64,000 bases of DNA from the NCBI GenBank assembly GCA_026391715.1, contig JAPLDO010000233.1, positions 1,790-65,789 on the forward strand. Reading direction: 5' to 3'. The translations under genes and the position numbers were made by a program. Below are positions 27,357-37,840 of this stretch, piece after piece. Below the pieces are notes generated by a model, which did no database searches, had not been told where the DNA came from, and saw nothing but the letters and a program-made list of their open reading frames with translations. Source of the stretch: Bacteroidota bacterium. GTDB taxonomy: Bacteria; Bacteroidota; Bacteroidia; Bacteroidales; FEN-979. Numbering within the stretch: the first letter of the stretch is position 1; each line of letters begins with the position of its first letter.

Positions 27357-28094
27357 ATGGCTGGATTAAATGTACCTGAAAACCTTAATCCTCATGTTTC
27401 GGTTGATTGTGTGGTATTCGGGTTCGAATTCGGCAAACTCAATGTCCTGTTGATTGAACGGAACATGGAATTTGAGGGTAAAGAATACCATGACCTCAAG
27501 CTTCCTGGCGATCTTGTACGGAAGGACGAAGACCTTGATACGGCTGCATCGCGGGTACTCAAGGAGCTCACCGGACTTGATAACATCTATCTGAAACAAT
27601 TTTCCGCCATTGGTTCGCCTGAGAGATTGCTGCGGCGTCCCCGCGATATGGAATGGCTTAGAAGTATTGGACATCCAGAAGAAATTGTTGTCACCATTGC
27701 CTATTATTCACTCCTGAATATTGATCAGGATAAGGCTTCCAGTTTCATTTTGCAATCTAATGCCAGTTGGCTCATGGTTTCCGAGATAAAAGAATTAGCC
27801 TTTGACCATTTATCTATATTGGAGCAGGCTCTTCAGGTATTACGTACCGACCTTATATTAAACCCTATTGCTTTTGAGCTATTACCTGCCAAATTTACAT
27901 TGAGGCAATTGCAACAGCTTTATGAAGTCATTCTGGGAATTAAACTCGATAAACGCAACTTCCGGAAGAAAGTCGCCAACATGCCATTCATTTCACAAAT
28001 CAATGAAAAACAGGTTGAGGTTTCTCATAAACCTGCGCAATACTATAGTTTCAACAGGAAGATTTATATAAAAACAAAAAAGAGTTTGTTTTAG
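27357..28094 (+). CDS. nrtR: NrtR/AraR-family transcriptional regulator (Nudix + winged helix)
   Basis: VSVDCVVFGF..LNVLLIER, LPG..V..DEDLDTAA.RVL.ELTGL, LAFDH, FELLP.KFTL.QLQ.LYE.ILG..LDKRNFRKK. Confidence 0.9.
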   Translation: MAGLNVPENLNPHVSVDCVVFGFEFGKLNVLLIERNMEFEGKEYHDLKLPGDLVRKDEDLDTAASRVLKELTGLDNIYLKQFSAIGSPERLLRRPRDMEWLRSIGHPEEIVVTIAYYSLLNIDQDKASSFILQSNASWLMVSEIKELAFDHLSILEQALQVLRTDLILNPIAFELLPAKFTLRQLQQLYEVILGIKLDKRNFRKKVANMPFISQINEKQVEVSHKPAQYYSFNRKIYIKTKKSLF

Positions 28095-28117
28095 CCCAGC
28101 CACCTGGGTGGTGTGGA

Positions 28118-29425
28118 TTAAAATGTTTCGCTTACATTCAGAAACACCCCTTTTGATCCATTAAGTCCAAATCCCATGTCAATAGTGAGATTTGAAAGCG
28201 AGCGTTTGTTGAGCATCACTCGCAAACCGGCGCCAGCGGATGGCGCAATATATTCAAACAATCTTACAGATTTCATATCACTATCGCTCGTGCTGGCATT
28301 TGTAAAAACTACTCCACTGAGGATACGGGTATAGCGGCTAATTGGAAAACGGTATTCAACCTCGCCATAAATATAATTTACTCCTCTGATTCTTCCCTGC
28401 ACATACCCTCTGCCGGTTCGTCCGTAGGTATCCCAACCCACTGCCGGAAGATTCAGGTAGCCCAGTTTCCCGTCGAGGAGAAATTGACTCTGATACCAGA
28501 AAGCTATAAGATGCGCCGGATTTCGCTTTGATAATCCGACGTATGTGCGAAATTCGGCATTCAGCGATACCGAATTTTTTGAGCTTCCGAGTATATCAAG
28601 ATTAAATCGTGGAACAAGGCATGCATAAATTCCTTTAACCGGTCTGATGGAATTATCGCGACTATCATACAGGATTGAAAAAACAAGCCCGGAGGCTGAA
28701 TACTTTTGCGGGTTAAATCCATATTTCTCAGAATAAAGATAATGTTGCGAAACCCGTGCAGGTTTCGATTCCAGGTTCTGATACTCATCTGTAATATTAA
28801 GAAACCAATCAAGGTGATACCCAACGCCGAGATAAAAACGGCCAACGATGCGTTTATTAATCGTTTCGTACAACCTGATATAATCGAACTTCATCGGTTC
28901 TGCCACATCGTTTACTGAATAACATAAATCCCCAGAATGCATTATCCAGCGGGAAGTATCTATGCCGGTAATATCCGAACCCAGACCATAAGTAGGTTGT
29001 GAAAAGAGGTAAAACCTCCAGTCTCCCTTTAGAAACATGTCGGCATTGCTGGTAAATATGCTCGAACGCACCGACAAAAGCATCTGGCTGCGGGTTGTAA
29101 AGTTCACATTGACTGCAAATGCAGATATTGGAGTATTCCTGATGTCGCCCAGATAAACTGCCGGATTAAAAGTTCCTCCCACTACAAAACCAAGAGCCGG
29201 GTTATATCCTACAAAAGGAAAAGCAGATATATACAGTTTGAATGGCTTTATTGTCACAACCTCCCCATGTAGTCGGGCTCTCTTTTCCTTTGAAAGAAAG
29301 AGGTCAAATACATCGCCCTGAACTACCTGTTTTGGGCTTTCATTCTGAGCGCAGACATCTTTAGAAACCGTCTGCAATGCCAACATTACTATAAAAAAAA
29401 GGATGAAATGATGTACTTTCTTCAT
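28118..29425 (-). CDS. BamA/TamA (Omp85) family outer membrane beta-barrel protein
   Basis: YDSRDN...P..G, GRGYVQGRIRG, EVEYRFPI, terminal VSETF. Confidence 0.78.
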   Translation of the reverse strand: MKKVHHFILFFIVMLALQTVSKDVCAQNESPKQVVQGDVFDLFLSKEKRARLHGEVVTIKPFKLYISAFPFVGYNPALGFVVGGTFNPAVYLGDIRNTPISAFAVNVNFTTRSQMLLSVRSSIFTSNADMFLKGDWRFYLFSQPTYGLGSDITGIDTSRWIMHSGDLCYSVNDVAEPMKFDYIRLYETINKRIVGRFYLGVGYHLDWFLNITDEYQNLESKPARVSQHYLYSEKYGFNPQKYSASGLVFSILYDSRDNSIRPVKGIYACLVPRFNLDILGSSKNSVSLNAEFRTYVGLSKRNPAHLIAFWYQSQFLLDGKLGYLNLPAVGWDTYGRTGRGYVQGRIRGVNYIYGEVEYRFPISRYTRILSGVVFTNASTSDSDMKSVRLFEYIAPSAGAGLRVMLNKRSLSNLTIDMGFGLNGSKGVFLNVSETF

Positions 29426-29544
29426 TTACACGGGTCATTTTTCATACTGTTTATTTTAATTGTATAAACTGATTGAACGCAATCTTACCAGTAAATTTGA
29501 AAATCACTTTTTGGGATAATTCCTGCAAACTTGACAGAAAACCA

Positions 29545-29650
29545 AACCACAAAGGCGCACAAAGTAGGTCGCTAAGTCGCACGTTTACTGGTACGATTGC
29601 GATTAATCAGTTTGTATTTTGTGCCATTTCATGTCGCTCTAAGGGATTCT
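29545..29650. repeat. Degenerate REP-like palindrome
   Basis: ccacaaaggcgcacaaag...tttgtattttgtgcc: imperfect inverted arms in an intergenic region. Confidence 0.3.
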
Positions 29651-29698
29651 GTTGCAAAACCAATCATTTCGATCATTTCAATCTGCTTTATAATAATT

Positions 29699-32077
29699 TC
29701 ACTGTTTGATAAACCGGGCAATTGTTGTGCGTCCTTCAGATTCTATTCTGACGAGATATTGTCCTTCGGGATATCCGCTGATTTCAAGGTCTAACTGTAA
29801 AGTGGGTTTCGTTGGCAAATCAACTGTTGAAGAGTACACAGGTTTACTATCCATTCCGGTTATAGTCAATAAAGCAGCCGTTTGAAGCCCGGTTATCAGA
29901 ATTGAAACTTTGTCATTTGCCGGGTTTGGAAAAACAGTAATAGCCATACCGTTTTCTTTATTCTCGGCTATACCGGTACATGGATCAAGTACAATGTGCT
30001 TATCTCTCAAGGCTGTCCCCTCGCATGGAGCGATGGGTAAAACCAACAATTTTACATCAACAAAGCCGGTTGTTTTATCATGGATTCCCGGAAAATAATC
30101 GGTAACGAGCGATGTCGGGTTTGAGAAATAACCATCGCCGGCAGTGCCCCATGCCACCTTGCTGTAGTTTGTCGCTGATGCGTTCATCGGAATAGGCGAA
30201 ACATACCAGCACACAATTGTATCATTTCCGGCTGTTGATGTTGACGCCGTAATTATGCGAACTTCAGTTGTGTCATGCCTTGTTAGCAAACCATCGCTTA
30301 CCGCCGCAATGTATTTTGTGGTTATCGCCGGTTTAACTATCGGGTTGTTTACCGCTGATGAAAAACCTGCCGGGATTGAACTCCATGAATATGTATAAAC
30401 GCCAGAACCCCCATAACCATAAGCAACGAGATGTATCGAATCGGAGGAGGAGGTACACAATGACGAAGGAGTTGCGGAGGCTGCTGAGGAGAAAACATTG
30501 CCGAAGGTAAATGAGGCAATACGGGTTTGCCATGAACTTGTGGATGATGAGCCATAATATTCGGTGGTGTACCAGAATGTTGTTGGAGATGCAGGATCAA
30601 TGCTGATTCCGCTGTAATCGCCCCACCGGCAACGTCCGCTCCAAATCCCTGTTTGAGATCCGCCGCCGTTAATGATAATCTTTTCCGCCATAGTCATCTG
30701 GTTAATTGGATCGGTTTTCAACCGCCCGGTATAACGGATTCCCGGATATGTGGAGAGTCCGGAAACTGAATAGCCCATAGCTATAGTTCCGGCTGTATCC
30801 TGAGCTATGCTCCCCATCCAGCGTGAATTTGCATCAGCGATTGCGTAGGTTGCCTGCTGGTATATGGACCACGTTGTTCCGGTATTCCGGAGTTCATACC
30901 AGCGAATACCAGCGCTTCCTGTACCTGCATTGATTGTATGGTTTAGCGCCATTGACGAATAACCGTTGAATTTCCGGTATTGCAAACGGTACATCAGCCG
31001 GTCGGAAAGCGGGTCGAGTTTTTTATCGGTATCCGGTTGAGGAACCCCATTACTGGAACCGCCCATGGTACTAAAAGGAGTAACATTCAAATAGGTTATA
31101 TTTCCAAATGTGGAAGCTGGCGGATTTTCCCAGTCAGCGTGAAACTCAATAATTCCAAGCCGCTGCGTGCCGTGAGTTCTTATATAGGTATAATAATTTG
31201 GAGTCCCAAGCGGGGGGAAATCGCCGTCACAATCGGAGGGCAGGGGTGAAATAAACTCTTCGGTTCCCGGAGGAAGCGTAAAAGAGATACGGAGCGCGTC
31301 GGGGTTACCTGACAGCATTGCATCCCTGTTATATGCGTAAGCCCCATTGCCAACCCAACCGCCCATAAAGTTGTTGGTTGCCATGTAATAACCATCAGTC
31401 CATACGCCAAACTTAGGATAATCAGGCATACTGGAAAACTCATATTGATACCGGTACCAGCTTCCGGTAGGATCGGGCGTTTGCGATACTGCAATCATCT
31501 GGTAAAATGGAGCCGTTGACGATCCGTTGGGTAACGAAAATTGTGAAAAAAGCCAGCGATTTGCCACCTCGTCATATATTACAATGGCGTCGCCGCTATT
31601 TGCATTGTTTGGCATACCTGACCAAACTGAGCTATTGGCAAGCGGTCCCAAGATTTTAGCGCCACTCTTGTTGTAAATTGCATAAGAGCAATTTACAGTT
31701 TGAAAAAAGTAATTTAATCCGGCTTCGCCATGAGTATCAGGTGGAACATAACCGCTTACATTTGGTAGTCCTTCAAAATTCTGAATAGTTGTGTCGGATG
31801 GAAGTAATCCGTCGGTAGCCTGCAACCCCGGGTCAACCATACCTTTTAACCGGGTTGACTGATTTTCGTCCTGATCCGGATCAAAATAATTTTTTATCAC
31901 GCCATCTTTCCAGGTTCCATCAAAAGGTTCGGGAGCTGTTTGTATCATATCCCTGAGAGGAGGAGAAATATCAAAGTAAACCGGACGGTCGAAAGAAGGA
32001 GCTAAAGCAGCTTGCTGGGCATTTGAAAACTGCGCAGCCATCAATGTGTTGAAAAGAAGAAAAAAGATTTTTTTCAT
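29699..32077 (-). CDS. T9SS-secreted protein with an uncharacterised N-terminal domain
   Basis: Signal peptide; PPDTHGEAG, GDAIVIYDEVANRWLFSQF, PDYPKFGVW, RWMGSIAQD, RWGDYS; C-terminal VFPNPAND...PEGQYLVRI...FIKQ. Confidence 0.78.
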   Translation of the reverse strand: MKKIFFLLFNTLMAAQFSNAQQAALAPSFDRPVYFDISPPLRDMIQTAPEPFDGTWKDGVIKNYFDPDQDENQSTRLKGMVDPGLQATDGLLPSDTTIQNFEGLPNVSGYVPPDTHGEAGLNYFFQTVNCSYAIYNKSGAKILGPLANSSVWSGMPNNANSGDAIVIYDEVANRWLFSQFSLPNGSSTAPFYQMIAVSQTPDPTGSWYRYQYEFSSMPDYPKFGVWTDGYYMATNNFMGGWVGNGAYAYNRDAMLSGNPDALRISFTLPPGTEEFISPLPSDCDGDFPPLGTPNYYTYIRTHGTQRLGIIEFHADWENPPASTFGNITYLNVTPFSTMGGSSNGVPQPDTDKKLDPLSDRLMYRLQYRKFNGYSSMALNHTINAGTGSAGIRWYELRNTGTTWSIYQQATYAIADANSRWMGSIAQDTAGTIAMGYSVSGLSTYPGIRYTGRLKTDPINQMTMAEKIIINGGGSQTGIWSGRCRWGDYSGISIDPASPTTFWYTTEYYGSSSTSSWQTRIASFTFGNVFSSAASATPSSLCTSSSDSIHLVAYGYGGSGVYTYSWSSIPAGFSSAVNNPIVKPAITTKYIAAVSDGLLTRHDTTEVRIITASTSTAGNDTIVCWYVSPIPMNASATNYSKVAWGTAGDGYFSNPTSLVTDYFPGIHDKTTGFVDVKLLVLPIAPCEGTALRDKHIVLDPCTGIAENKENGMAITVFPNPANDKVSILITGLQTAALLTITGMDSKPVYSSTVDLPTKPTLQLDLEISGYPEGQYLVRIESEGRTTIARFIKQ

Positions 32078-32169
32078 GGAATTTGCAGATTGTTGAAAAT
32101 AATTGACTTAAAATAGTCTGCAAATTTAACGATTCCAGATGAAACATTGAATTCGGATAAAATGTAAAC

Positions 32170-32452
32170 TTGAGCCTACTCCGAAAAGTAGTTAGAAAAA
32201 TCAAAATAAATAAACTGCTATTTGTCATATAATCCTACATTGGACCCCACCCCCAACCCCTCCCCAAAAAGGGAGGGGAGTAACGTGCTAATCGGCATAA
32301 TACAATGATTAACAGAACTAAGGCATATTAGCACGAGTCTCCCCCTTCCCTGTTTGGGGAAGGGGGTCGGGGGGAAGGGGGCTAAATGCAGGAGCAAAAG
32401 AGTGATGATTTTAGCAATGTGGCATAAAAATGACTTTTCTGAGTGGGTTCAA
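32170..32452. mobile_element. MITE-like element, copy 1 (shared TIR, C-rich/G-rich REP interior)
   Basis: Ends TTGAGCCTACTCCGAAAAGTAGTT / AATGACTTTTCTGAGTGGGTTCAA (19/24 inverted); interior hairpins CCCCTCCCC..GGGAGGGG and CCCCCTTCCC..GGGAAGGGGG. Confidence 0.7.
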
Positions 32453-32635
32453 GGTTCCAGGTTCCAGATTATCAAAAAAGTGTAAAATTTTTATCATGTA
32501 AATTAGTTTAAAATATCGTCTATTTGTACTTTTACTCGTGGAAAAGTTGCTTTTTTGCTTTTTTGGTTAATGATTGATGATTATCAAGGTCTTAACAAAT
32601 TTTTCCATCTTTATAAAATATTTCGGTAATTCCTT

Positions 32636-33463
32636 ATGATGAATAAAAACAATATTCTGACAACTTTCTCTAAAATTCGTTTTTTAATTCTGATCTCTTT
32701 TATTGCCAATCCAACTTTTGGGCAAGGGCTTACAGGTAAAGTAAAATCATTTAGAGACTCATATTTTTCTGTTCATGAAATATTCGGAAAAATAAAAAAA
32801 GGAACGAAATTAAATGATTCTGTTTATCATGATCAGTTTGTTACTTTCGACCAAAACGGAAATGTAACGGAGGCGATTGACTATAATTTTGATGGGACTA
32901 TATTCTGCAAATATACTGGACGAAATGATTATAGGAACAATAACACTGAATCTATATTTGTACGATTTGATTCAAAATTAATTATTGATAAAACACCATT
33001 CCTTCTCGCGTCGGTAAAATACCCTTCGGGAGAAATGTGCGAAATGGCATATAAAAATGATTTAAAGGGTCGCCCCATTGAAGAAACCATCTTTGATCTG
33101 ATGGGGAGCGTATTATTTACGATAATCATCAAAAGAGATGAAAACGGAAACCCATTGGAATATAATTTCTCCGACGGGGTTGTTTATCTTTTTAAATATG
33201 ACAACCATGGAAACAGAGTTGAATTGATTTTCCGCTCCTCCACCGGCAAGACTTCTATAACAACTTATAAAAACGATGTCTCTGGAAACATGATCGAAGA
33301 GAATATAAACGATTTTTTTAAATCATCATATAAATTTCATGATGAACACAACACGTATAAATATCTGTATGACAAGCAAGGCAATTGGATAGAGAGGACA
33401 GATTACGAACATGATATTCCGCAAAGAATAGTTGTAAGAACCATTGAGTATTTATCTGATTGA
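32636..33463 (+). CDS. Exported protein with YD-repeat-like motifs
   Basis: Signal-peptide-like N-terminus; repeated (Y/F)D..GN units (FDQNGNV, RDENGNP, YDNHGNR, YDKQGNWIER). Confidence 0.62.
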   Translation: MMNKNNILTTFSKIRFLILISFIANPTFGQGLTGKVKSFRDSYFSVHEIFGKIKKGTKLNDSVYHDQFVTFDQNGNVTEAIDYNFDGTIFCKYTGRNDYRNNNTESIFVRFDSKLIIDKTPFLLASVKYPSGEMCEMAYKNDLKGRPIEETIFDLMGSVLFTIIIKRDENGNPLEYNFSDGVVYLFKYDNHGNRVELIFRSSTGKTSITTYKNDVSGNMIEENINDFFKSSYKFHDEHNTYKYLYDKQGNWIERTDYEHDIPQRIVVRTIEYLSD

Positions 33464-33514
33464 TACTTGAAATGTGTATTTTTGTTCATAAGTATTCCAT
33501 TTAATATCTAACCC

Positions 33515-34645
33515 ATGAAAATCAAAACAATCACTACCGATTCCATCAGCGATTTTTCCCGGCAGTTCATCAACAGGACGAGCGATGGATTCAAACCCAA
33601 TACAGCCATCATTTTTGCTTCAGTTGAGATGAATCTTCAGGAAATGATTCGGTTCCTGAAGGATAATCAGGTACAGGTATTTGGCTGTAGTTCGTGCGGG
33701 GAAATTTTATATGATCAGGCAGATCAGATAATTTCCGAAGGCGGGCTTGTGTGTATGTTATTGGAACTAACGCCCGCCGCTTATGAGATAAAGAGATTTG
33801 CTAAGAATGATTTGTCATCTTTTGACCTCGGTAAAACTGTTGGCGACTGGGCAAATTCGGTTTTTCAGAAACCGGCGATGCTTATCCTTGCCAGTGGCCT
33901 CGATACCGATGGAGAGCAACTTGTTAACGGGGTTCAACACGCCGCCGGTAAAGATATTACAATGTTCGGCGGATTGGCAGGCGATGATGCTCAGTTTAAA
34001 AATACTTATGTTTTTACTGAAAAGCAAATTGAAGAAAACGGCGCAGTTGCCATGGTTTTAGATACAGCTTTTTACGATATTCGCGGGCTTGCCACCAGCG
34101 GATGGGTTGGCATTGGCGCCGATAAAATCATAACCCATTCCGAAGGCAATATTGTTTATACAATTGATGATGTACCTGCACTCGACGTTTATATCAGCTA
34201 TCTGAATATTAATGCCGGCGAACTACCCGAAATCGGTGTAGAATATCCACTGCTTGTGAAAAAACAGGGATCGCCCGACGTTCTTCGCGCTGTGATTAAT
34301 GTTGATCGCGAAAAGAAAGCGCTCATATTTGCAGGCTCTGTGCCTAATGGAGCAATTGTCACATTTTCCAGTTCCCCCGGATTCGAAATCATTGAATCAA
34401 CCCGAAACAAAGTCATTGAATTTTATCAGCAAAACCAGGAAACCGACATGCTTATCCTTTTCTCATGTATGGCAAGACACAATGCACTGGGTCCCACTAT
34501 TTCCGAAGAAATTGAAAATGCCTGGCAAAATTGGAAAAAACCACTGATTGGTTTCTTTACGTATGGGGAAATAGGCAGTAATTATAATAATTCCTGCGAT
34601 TTTCATAATGAAACCTTCACTATGGTTTCTATTAAGGAAAAGTGA
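33515..34645 (+). CDS. FIST N/C domain signal transduction protein
   Basis: VFGCSSCGEI, FGGLAGDD, GW..IG..K.IT.SEGN.VY.ID..PA, FSCMAR, GFFTYGEIG. Confidence 0.9.
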   Translation: MKIKTITTDSISDFSRQFINRTSDGFKPNTAIIFASVEMNLQEMIRFLKDNQVQVFGCSSCGEILYDQADQIISEGGLVCMLLELTPAAYEIKRFAKNDLSSFDLGKTVGDWANSVFQKPAMLILASGLDTDGEQLVNGVQHAAGKDITMFGGLAGDDAQFKNTYVFTEKQIEENGAVAMVLDTAFYDIRGLATSGWVGIGADKIITHSEGNIVYTIDDVPALDVYISYLNINAGELPEIGVEYPLLVKKQGSPDVLRAVINVDREKKALIFAGSVPNGAIVTFSSSPGFEIIESTRNKVIEFYQQNQETDMLILFSCMARHNALGPTISEEIENAWQNWKKPLIGFFTYGEIGSNYNNSCDFHNETFTMVSIKEK

Positions 34646-34646
34646 C

Positions 34647-36398
34647 ATGTCGCTTAAAATCCTTTCACTTATCGAAGATATCGGAAAACTGGAAACCAGC
34701 GAGGGAGAAGCCGGTAAAATCCCAGTCATTCTTGATGAATTGAAAAAAATCAACTCCGATTTTGATAAGATGACTTTCAAACACGAAAGATCAATCAAAG
34801 AAAAAAACATTCTGGCGTCGCTGCTTACTCACACCTCCATTGACCTGAAAAGGGTTTCAGATAGCTTAAAAATCAGAGCCGAAGAACTTTCTACGGTCCT
34901 AACCACTATTCCGGCTTATGTTTACTTTAAAGACACCAACCTCAATTATATGATGGTTAACCAACCATTTGCTGAAATGATTGGGTTATCAACCAACCAG
35001 ATAATTGGAAAGCAGTTGCAGGAAATCATTCCCGGTTATAACAACAAAGATTATCTCGTTACGGAAAAAATGGTAATTAATTCCGGAACTGCTATGTACA
35101 ATATTGAAGAAGAGGTTGTTCATCATGATCGTAAACGATGGGTGAATAGCAACCTGGCGCCCATAAGGAATGCCGTAAATGAGATAATCGGACTCATCGG
35201 GATTTCGTGGGATATAACCGACCGAAAACTTCATGAAGAAGAACTTCGTGAAGCCAAAGATGCTGCAGAAGCCGGAACTCAGGCAAAGAACGAATTTATC
35301 GCCAGTGTTTCACATGAATTCCGCACGCCAATGAATGGGATTCTTGGCCTCGCAGACATCATGCGCAACAGCCCTTTAAATGCCGATCAGGATGATTTGC
35401 TGAAAGGAATCACAGCTTCTGCTCAAAACCTGTTGGTCTTGTTAAATGATGTTCTCGATTTTTCAGCTATCGAAGCCGGAAAGATGGAAATGGATTATCA
35501 ACCCTTTATGCTTGACCGGGTTATGGAAGACATTTCATTGGTGATGAAGATGAAAGCCGCTGAAAAATCACTGCAATTCGATATTATTATTGATGAAAAG
35601 GTTCCGAATTACCTGATTGGCGATTCCCAGCGACTGAGGCAGATACTGATCAACCTTACAAACAATTCAGTTAAATTCACTGAAACCGGGCAGATCAATG
35701 TTTTTGTGAAAACAGTTGATAATACTGAAAATAAGGCAACGCTTCGTTTCGAGGTTACCGACACAGGTATTGGAATTCCTCCGCAGGCAATCAATTCACT
35801 TTTCCAGGTTTTCTCAAGAGTTAAACAAGATAAAACAAAACTTATTGCCGGAACAGGCCTTGGTCTTTCGATATGTAAAAAACTTACCGATATGATGGGT
35901 GGACGCATTGGCGTTGAAAGCGTCTATAAAAAAGGTTCAACATTTTGGTTTACGCTTCCTTTTACATTGACAACGCTACCGGGAAAAACCACGCCCAAAA
36001 AGGAATCCCCTGCCGAGAATCGTTTTGCCCGGAAAAAAGTACTTGTTGCCGAAGACAATGCCATTAACCAGCGAATCGTCAGTTTTCATCTGAAAAAAAT
36101 GGCATTTGAAGTTGATCTTGCCAGCGACGGACAGGAAGCTTATGAAAAATTTTGCGCCGGAAAATATGACCTGATTATTCTCGACATCCAGATGCCCAAA
36201 ATGGATGGCTATCAGGTTGCCAAAGCAATCCGCAACAAAGAAAGAAACATAGCAAACCATTCGCCTATCATCGCTCTCACAGCTAATGCGATGAAAGGAG
36301 ACCGGGAGTTGTACCTCGAAGCGGGGATGGACGGTTACGTGAGTAAACCATTCACTTACGAAACTTTAGAAGAAGCAATTAGCAATCTTCTCATCTGA
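34647..36398 (+). CDS. PAS-domain hybrid histidine kinase / response regulator
   Basis: PAS/PAC (YFKD...DITDRK), H-box SHEFRTPMNG, HATPase (DTGIGI, GTGLGL), REC (LDIQMP, KP). Start moved to ATG 34647, just after the FIST stop. Confidence 0.92.
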   Translation: MSLKILSLIEDIGKLETSEGEAGKIPVILDELKKINSDFDKMTFKHERSIKEKNILASLLTHTSIDLKRVSDSLKIRAEELSTVLTTIPAYVYFKDTNLNYMMVNQPFAEMIGLSTNQIIGKQLQEIIPGYNNKDYLVTEKMVINSGTAMYNIEEEVVHHDRKRWVNSNLAPIRNAVNEIIGLIGISWDITDRKLHEEELREAKDAAEAGTQAKNEFIASVSHEFRTPMNGILGLADIMRNSPLNADQDDLLKGITASAQNLLVLLNDVLDFSAIEAGKMEMDYQPFMLDRVMEDISLVMKMKAAEKSLQFDIIIDEKVPNYLIGDSQRLRQILINLTNNSVKFTETGQINVFVKTVDNTENKATLRFEVTDTGIGIPPQAINSLFQVFSRVKQDKTKLIAGTGLGLSICKKLTDMMGGRIGVESVYKKGSTFWFTLPFTLTTLPGKTTPKKESPAENRFARKKVLVAEDNAINQRIVSFHLKKMAFEVDLASDGQEAYEKFCAGKYDLIILDIQMPKMDGYQVAKAIRNKERNIANHSPIIALTANAMKGDRELYLEAGMDGYVSKPFTYETLEEAISNLLI

Positions 36399-36421
36399 TA
36401 TTTCTCTATAATCCATTTTGC

Positions 36422-37840
36422 ATGAAAAGAAAATTACTCAATTATTACTATCGGGTTTTGCCCTTTATTATCCTGGTTTTGCTTCTTCCGGTCAGCGGAC
36501 TAACGCAGCATAATAAACCTGAATCAAATTCAGGTAACGAAATACCGGAAAAATTCTCACTGAAAGATCTGGAATACCGGACTTTTCGTTATTTCTGGGA
36601 TCTTGCCGATTCGGTTTCCGGATTAATTCCCGATCGTTATCCAACAAAATCCTTTTCCAGCATTGCCGCCACCGGATTCGGGTTATCTGCATACCTCGTT
36701 GGCGTTGATCAGCAATTTATCTCAAGGAAGGAGGCAGCGGCAAGGGTATTGAAAACTCTGCGATTTCTATACCAACTGCCGCAAAGCGCTGATAAAACAG
36801 GTGTTGCCGGTTATAACGGACTATTTTACCACTTTCTCGATATGCGGACAGGGTTGCGTTTTAAAAATGTTGAACTTTCCACAATTGATACGGGGCTTTT
36901 AATGGCTGGTATACTTTCCTGTTTGCAGTTTTTTTCCGGCGATACAGAGGAGGAACGCGAAATCAGAGAGCTTGCAGATAAACTTTACCGTCGCGTAAAC
37001 TGGAGCTGGGCATTGAATGGAAAAGATATTCTGAGCATGGGATGGCATCCCGAAAGCGGTTTTATTGATAGTTACTGGTATGGATATAATGAAGCGATGA
37101 TACTTATTATAATGGCTATGGGATCTCCCACTTATCCCATCCCCGCTTCATGTTGGAAATCCTGGACTTCAAAGTACAACTGGGCTTCATGGCAAGGCTA
37201 TGAGCATCTGAATTTCGGACCTCTTTTCGGACATCAGTATTCTCATATTTTCATTGATTTCAGAAAAATCAAGGATGAATATATGCGGGCAAAAGGAATT
37301 GATTATTTTGAAAACTCGCGCCGCGCAACCCTCGCCCAGCGTGAATATTGCCGGTCAAATCCGCGTCGGTTTACCAATTACAGCGAGAACATCTGGGGAT
37401 TAACAGCTTGCGACGGGCCTGGTTACAGAAAAGCCTTATGGAAAGGGAAAGAGATTGTGTTTGAAGGATACTCAGCCCGCGGCGCTGCCAATGATTACCT
37501 TGTTGACGACGGAACAATTGCGCCAACCGCCGTTGGAGGTTCGATCGCGTTTGCTCCCGAAATCTGTATTCCGGCGCTTGAAGCAATGTATTATTTATAT
37601 GGTGCAAAACTTTATCAGGAGTATGGTTTCAAGGATGCATTTAATCCCTCATTTACTTTTGGAAAAGACAACGGAAAAGGCTGGTTTGACGTGGATTACC
37701 TCGGAATTGACCAGGGACCGATAATTCTGATGATTGCTAACAATCGTTCAGGATTGGTCTGGAATCTGATGAAAAAGAACCCATTTATTGTCAAAGGCTT
37801 GAAAAAAGCAGGGTTCAAAGGGGGATGGCTGATAGAATAG
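36422..37840 (+). CDS. GH144 ('glucoamylase family') probable endo-beta-1,2-glucanase
   Basis: TFRYFW, SSIAATGFGL, ELSTIDTGLL, GW.PE.G, YNEA, PLFGHQYSH, WGLTACDGP, YGFKDAFN, GIDQGPI. Confidence 0.82.
   Translation: MKRKLLNYYYRVLPFIILVLLLPVSGLTQHNKPESNSGNEIPEKFSLKDLEYRTFRYFWDLADSVSGLIPDRYPTKSFSSIAATGFGLSAYLVGVDQQFISRKEAAARVLKTLRFLYQLPQSADKTGVAGYNGLFYHFLDMRTGLRFKNVELSTIDTGLLMAGILSCLQFFSGDTEEEREIRELADKLYRRVNWSWALNGKDILSMGWHPESGFIDSYWYGYNEAMILIIMAMGSPTYPIPASCWKSWTSKYNWASWQGYEHLNFGPLFGHQYSHIFIDFRKIKDEYMRAKGIDYFENSRRATLAQREYCRSNPRRFTNYSENIWGLTACDGPGYRKALWKGKEIVFEGYSARGAANDYLVDDGTIAPTAVGGSIAFAPEICIPALEAMYYLYGAKLYQEYGFKDAFNPSFTFGKDNGKGWFDVDYLGIDQGPIILMIANNRSGLVWNLMKKNPFIVKGLKKAGFKGGWLIE

Noticed and set aside
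32244-32381. G-quadruplex or ncRNA in the G/C-rich tract
   Set aside because: The C-runs and G-runs pair as two hairpins in inverted arrangement inside a MITE, which a REP-type element explains.
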